The notes under the pieces are model-generated. The model was given only the letters and a program-made list of their open reading frames with translations, did no database searches and was not told the DNA's origin. A stretch of 64,000 bases of DNA, taken from Entomortierella parvispora E1425 (lineage: Eukaryota > Fungi > Mortierellomycota). Positions within the stretch are counted from its first letter, which is position 1; each line of letters begins with the position of its first letter. The position numbers and the translations under genes were made by a program. This document shows, piece by piece, positions 61,037 through 64,000 of this stretch. The stretch spans positions 310,001 to 374,000 of the forward strand of contig BQFW01000007.1 in assembly GCA_020891255.1 (NCBI GenBank), in the 5' to 3' direction.

Positions 61037-61244
61037 CGGCGATGGTCAACTGATAGAGAAGAGTAGAAAACAGCCTTCCAGATCGCCCCATGTTCTCTTT
61101 GTTTTTCTAGTGGATAATTGGGTATTGGCCAGAAGCTGATGCTTCTTGCAGGGATGATATGAAGGCTGATGGATTGCACATGACTTTGGCACATCAGGAA
61201 CACAAAAGCAAACCAAAGCATGTAGTCATTGAATTCTTCAGGCT

Positions 61245-64000
61245 TTATTTTGACCTGTTTTGCAAATAAAATTTGTTCAGCGAAAGAGATCCATTATTTA
61301 TCTTTCCTGTTACATCTGCAAGAGCCCTCTTCTCTCTTTCTTTGATATCGCCAGTGTGGCTCAACATGAGCTTCAGAACCCCACGCACGATACCTTTCTT
61401 ATATGTCCATAGAACGTTGTAGGAATTGGATGATTTGGTATGATCGACATATCGCCAGGTCGTATCGGTAAGATGACTATTGGCAAAAGTGTGGCATCTC
61501 TGCTTCCCGTTCAGCCAATAAATTGAAGGTTGCACAACACCATTTGAATCGGCTATACCATAGAACCATTCTTCCCAATGATCTGCCAGAGGTCTTCCAC
61601 GAGGGATCATCTCATATGTAAATCCCTCCGAGACATCAACTTCCAAGACACTACGACTTCCCGCTACTTCAGCAGCCAGTATGTCCAGCTGCTCTTCCAG
61701 CTTCTGGGGCACTATTGAACAAGGTGTTACCTGAAGCTGAGGTCGAATCGCAGCAGGTGCAGGTTGAGTAGAAGGTGCAGGAAGGTGTGTTGAAACAAGA
61801 GGCGTCCCCTGGGTCGAAGATTGTGTGGGAAGAGAAGGTTGATCCGAAGCTTGTGTCCCTTGGGCAGAGGAGTGTACGGGAGGATGATGCTGAGTAGAGA
61901 TGAATGTCCTTTGAGTAGAAGGTAGCGTTGATTGTATCTCAGGCGATAATGTTGGAAGGTTTTCCTGTCTTTCCGGAGAATTCCTGTGAGTCTCCCCTGG
62001 AGCCATTACATCTGGCGAATCTTCATCTAATCCCAAATCACCGCGCTGGTCTAAATCGACACCTGTGCCAGCTGTGGTGCTGCTAGTCGGAGGTGGTCGG
62101 AGGTGGCGAAGGTCAACCTGGATATTGCGCATTGACGTTACAGATCCTGTTGTTGATCCGCTGACTTGTTTCAACGCCATAATTCTCTCACGGATTAGAT
62201 CAGGAACTTGACTCAGCAATGACCCCAATACATCCAACACCGCCTGCGCACGAATTTCCTGCTCATTAGAAAAGGTTGCTGCAAGATCAGCTGTGTGAAG
62301 AGCGGATACATTTTTGATGGTGTTCGGAATGTTGGTTTCAGTTTTGTGCAGCATTTCCTGAAAACTCTTTGTGCAGTCCTCCATGGTCCTGTCAATCTGT
62401 ATCTTCAACTGGTCAAGTCCTGTAGCTATCGTTGAGTTTGAAAGTCGAAACTCTGCTTCGAAGGCTGGAGCATTCTGTCGCAAACTGTCGGATTGAGGAG
62501 GCGCGAGGGTAGACATATTTGCCACAAGTTGTTGTTTGAACACTGCAAACTCCGTACTTTTGAATACAGGGAGCTGGAAGATGTGGTGTTCACTGTACCG
62601 GGCATTGTCGTCCTGAGTAGCTTGAAGTGCGGCTGCATCTTGAAGAAGTATTTTTCTTAAATGTACAAGGAGGATCAGAAACTTGAGACGTAGGACACCA
62701 GATCGGTCGGACTCGTCTGGAATAGGCATACGAGTTGTAGTTGATCTGCCTTCAAACTCATTCTTGCCTTCCATGATGTTCCGAATCCAGTGAAGCCAGT
62801 CAGAGTGGTAAGGGCCAATATAGTAATCTTCGACAAAAGGAAGATTTTCTGTTGGAGATAAACCGAGGGTATAACACAGTCTCGTTTCACCCAAGGAGCC
62901 AGACCTGGCTGCACAGAGCCTGCCATTGCAAATGCAACACCCTTAGGAAGGGGATGTAGGTAATGAGTGGTGAAGCGACTTTGATCTCTGAACCATCCAC
63001 CATGCTGTTGGATGTCGGCTATCGTAGCGCTAGCATCGCGAACATGATTCAACCCTAAACCGCGAAAATAGTGCGTTGGCTGATTGGTCACAATTCCGGT
63101 TGCCTTGAAAAGTCGGGCCATTCCATCCAGATGAGCTGAAGGCGAGAGCTGTGTCGTCTTTTTGCCGGCGCCATGGACAAGATAATCCTCGTGCCAATCA
63201 TCCTCCATGAATTCTGGTGGCTCCCCGACTTCCTGGATAAACAAAACAAGGAAAAAAGCAAAGTCAGTAACCACAAACATAAAAGAAAAAAAAGCTTAAA
63301 GAATCACGTATGACTTACCGACCAAAGGTAAAAGAGATAAAATGCAAGTGAACCAATAGGGCAAAGGTTCACCTCAGTATTCCTCACCGTAACGCCATAG
63401 GTGCATCCACCTTTTCCTTGAGTCATAAGGAGTACGATTGCGAATGTACTTGGTCGAGGGCCTGTCGAACTACCTGTCCGGTTGGCAAACGAATGGATGT
63501 TGATGTGAGGTAACTTGGCAAATCGGATGTTCTCCTCTCCCATCATCATGATGTGTTTCCAGGAAATAAGTAGTCGCTCGCGGAGGCTGGTCAACTTTTG
63601 AGGAAGATTCCTACTCGGCTTTTCTCCCTGCTTCAAATAGCGATTCACCCAAGCAGCTCTCATCAGGTCCCTTAACTTTATCAGCTCATTCCCGTCTGCA
63701 TGGTTAATGGTTGTATACTTCTTAGAGTCGGTGCGCGGATCGCCCGCAACACGCGTTTTGAACGCACCGATGATCGCTGACAGGGCCCCTGAGCGCAAAT
63801 CCGGATCCCGGGTAATATCCAACACACCAGTAGTTCCTTGAGTAGTGCGAAGATCGTTCACCCCATTGACGTACTGACGGAGCGTAGAGACACTCGGTAA
63901 GATCCTGATCTTCCTCATCACTGCTTTGGAACGCCTGCCCGTGATAGTTTCTGACACTTGTATCCGGCTGGTAGCAAAGAAAGGTAGAATTGCCGCCGCA
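61245..64000 (-). mobile_element. Crypton-type tyrosine-recombinase element (Ndc10-II-like + GCR1_C-like), degenerate; 5' end beyond window
   Basis: RNTEVNLCPIGSLAFYLF, THYFR (HxxR), GGW, HYL, and a C-terminal DHWEEWFYG...PSIYWLN domain. Intron 63233-63318; 1-nt frameshift at ~62840; first catalytic Arg position reads MMMGEENIR. Confidence 0.82.

Overview
Eukaryotic, intron-containing fungal DNA (~50% GC, GT-AG introns, many simple repeats). The gene families suggest an early-diverging fungus of the Mortierellaceae type (inference). Intact housekeeping genes: SRP68 (runs off the left edge), GPI12/PIG-L, PBP1/ataxin-2, a C2H2 transcription factor, a synaptojanin-like Sac1+5-phosphatase, a clade-D beta-carbonic anhydrase, a PHO80/Pcl-type cyclin, a phosducin-like protein, MTHFR and a division-1 chitin synthase. 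Accessory material between them: (i) a candidate intronic box C/D snoRNA antisense to the 18S 530-loop region; (ii) a NACHT-HEAT NLR-like gene with five lesions; (iii) a ~1.26-kb element with ~360-bp inverted repeats around a PIF/Harbinger-like fragment, inserted in a gene relic; (iv) two small secreted peptide precursors (a KR-containing tandem repeat and a symmetric 6-Cys peptide); (v) a nested mobile-element block with a gag-like ORF, a dead Tc1 DD34E transposase, a 57-bp direct repeat and a probable Fanzor/TnpB C-terminal relic; (vi) a tandem array of an orphan gene that starts inside the chitin synthase 3' end; (vii) a degenerate Crypton-type tyrosine-recombinase/GCR1 element running off the right edge. 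All family assignments come from motif recognition by eye; no searches were run.
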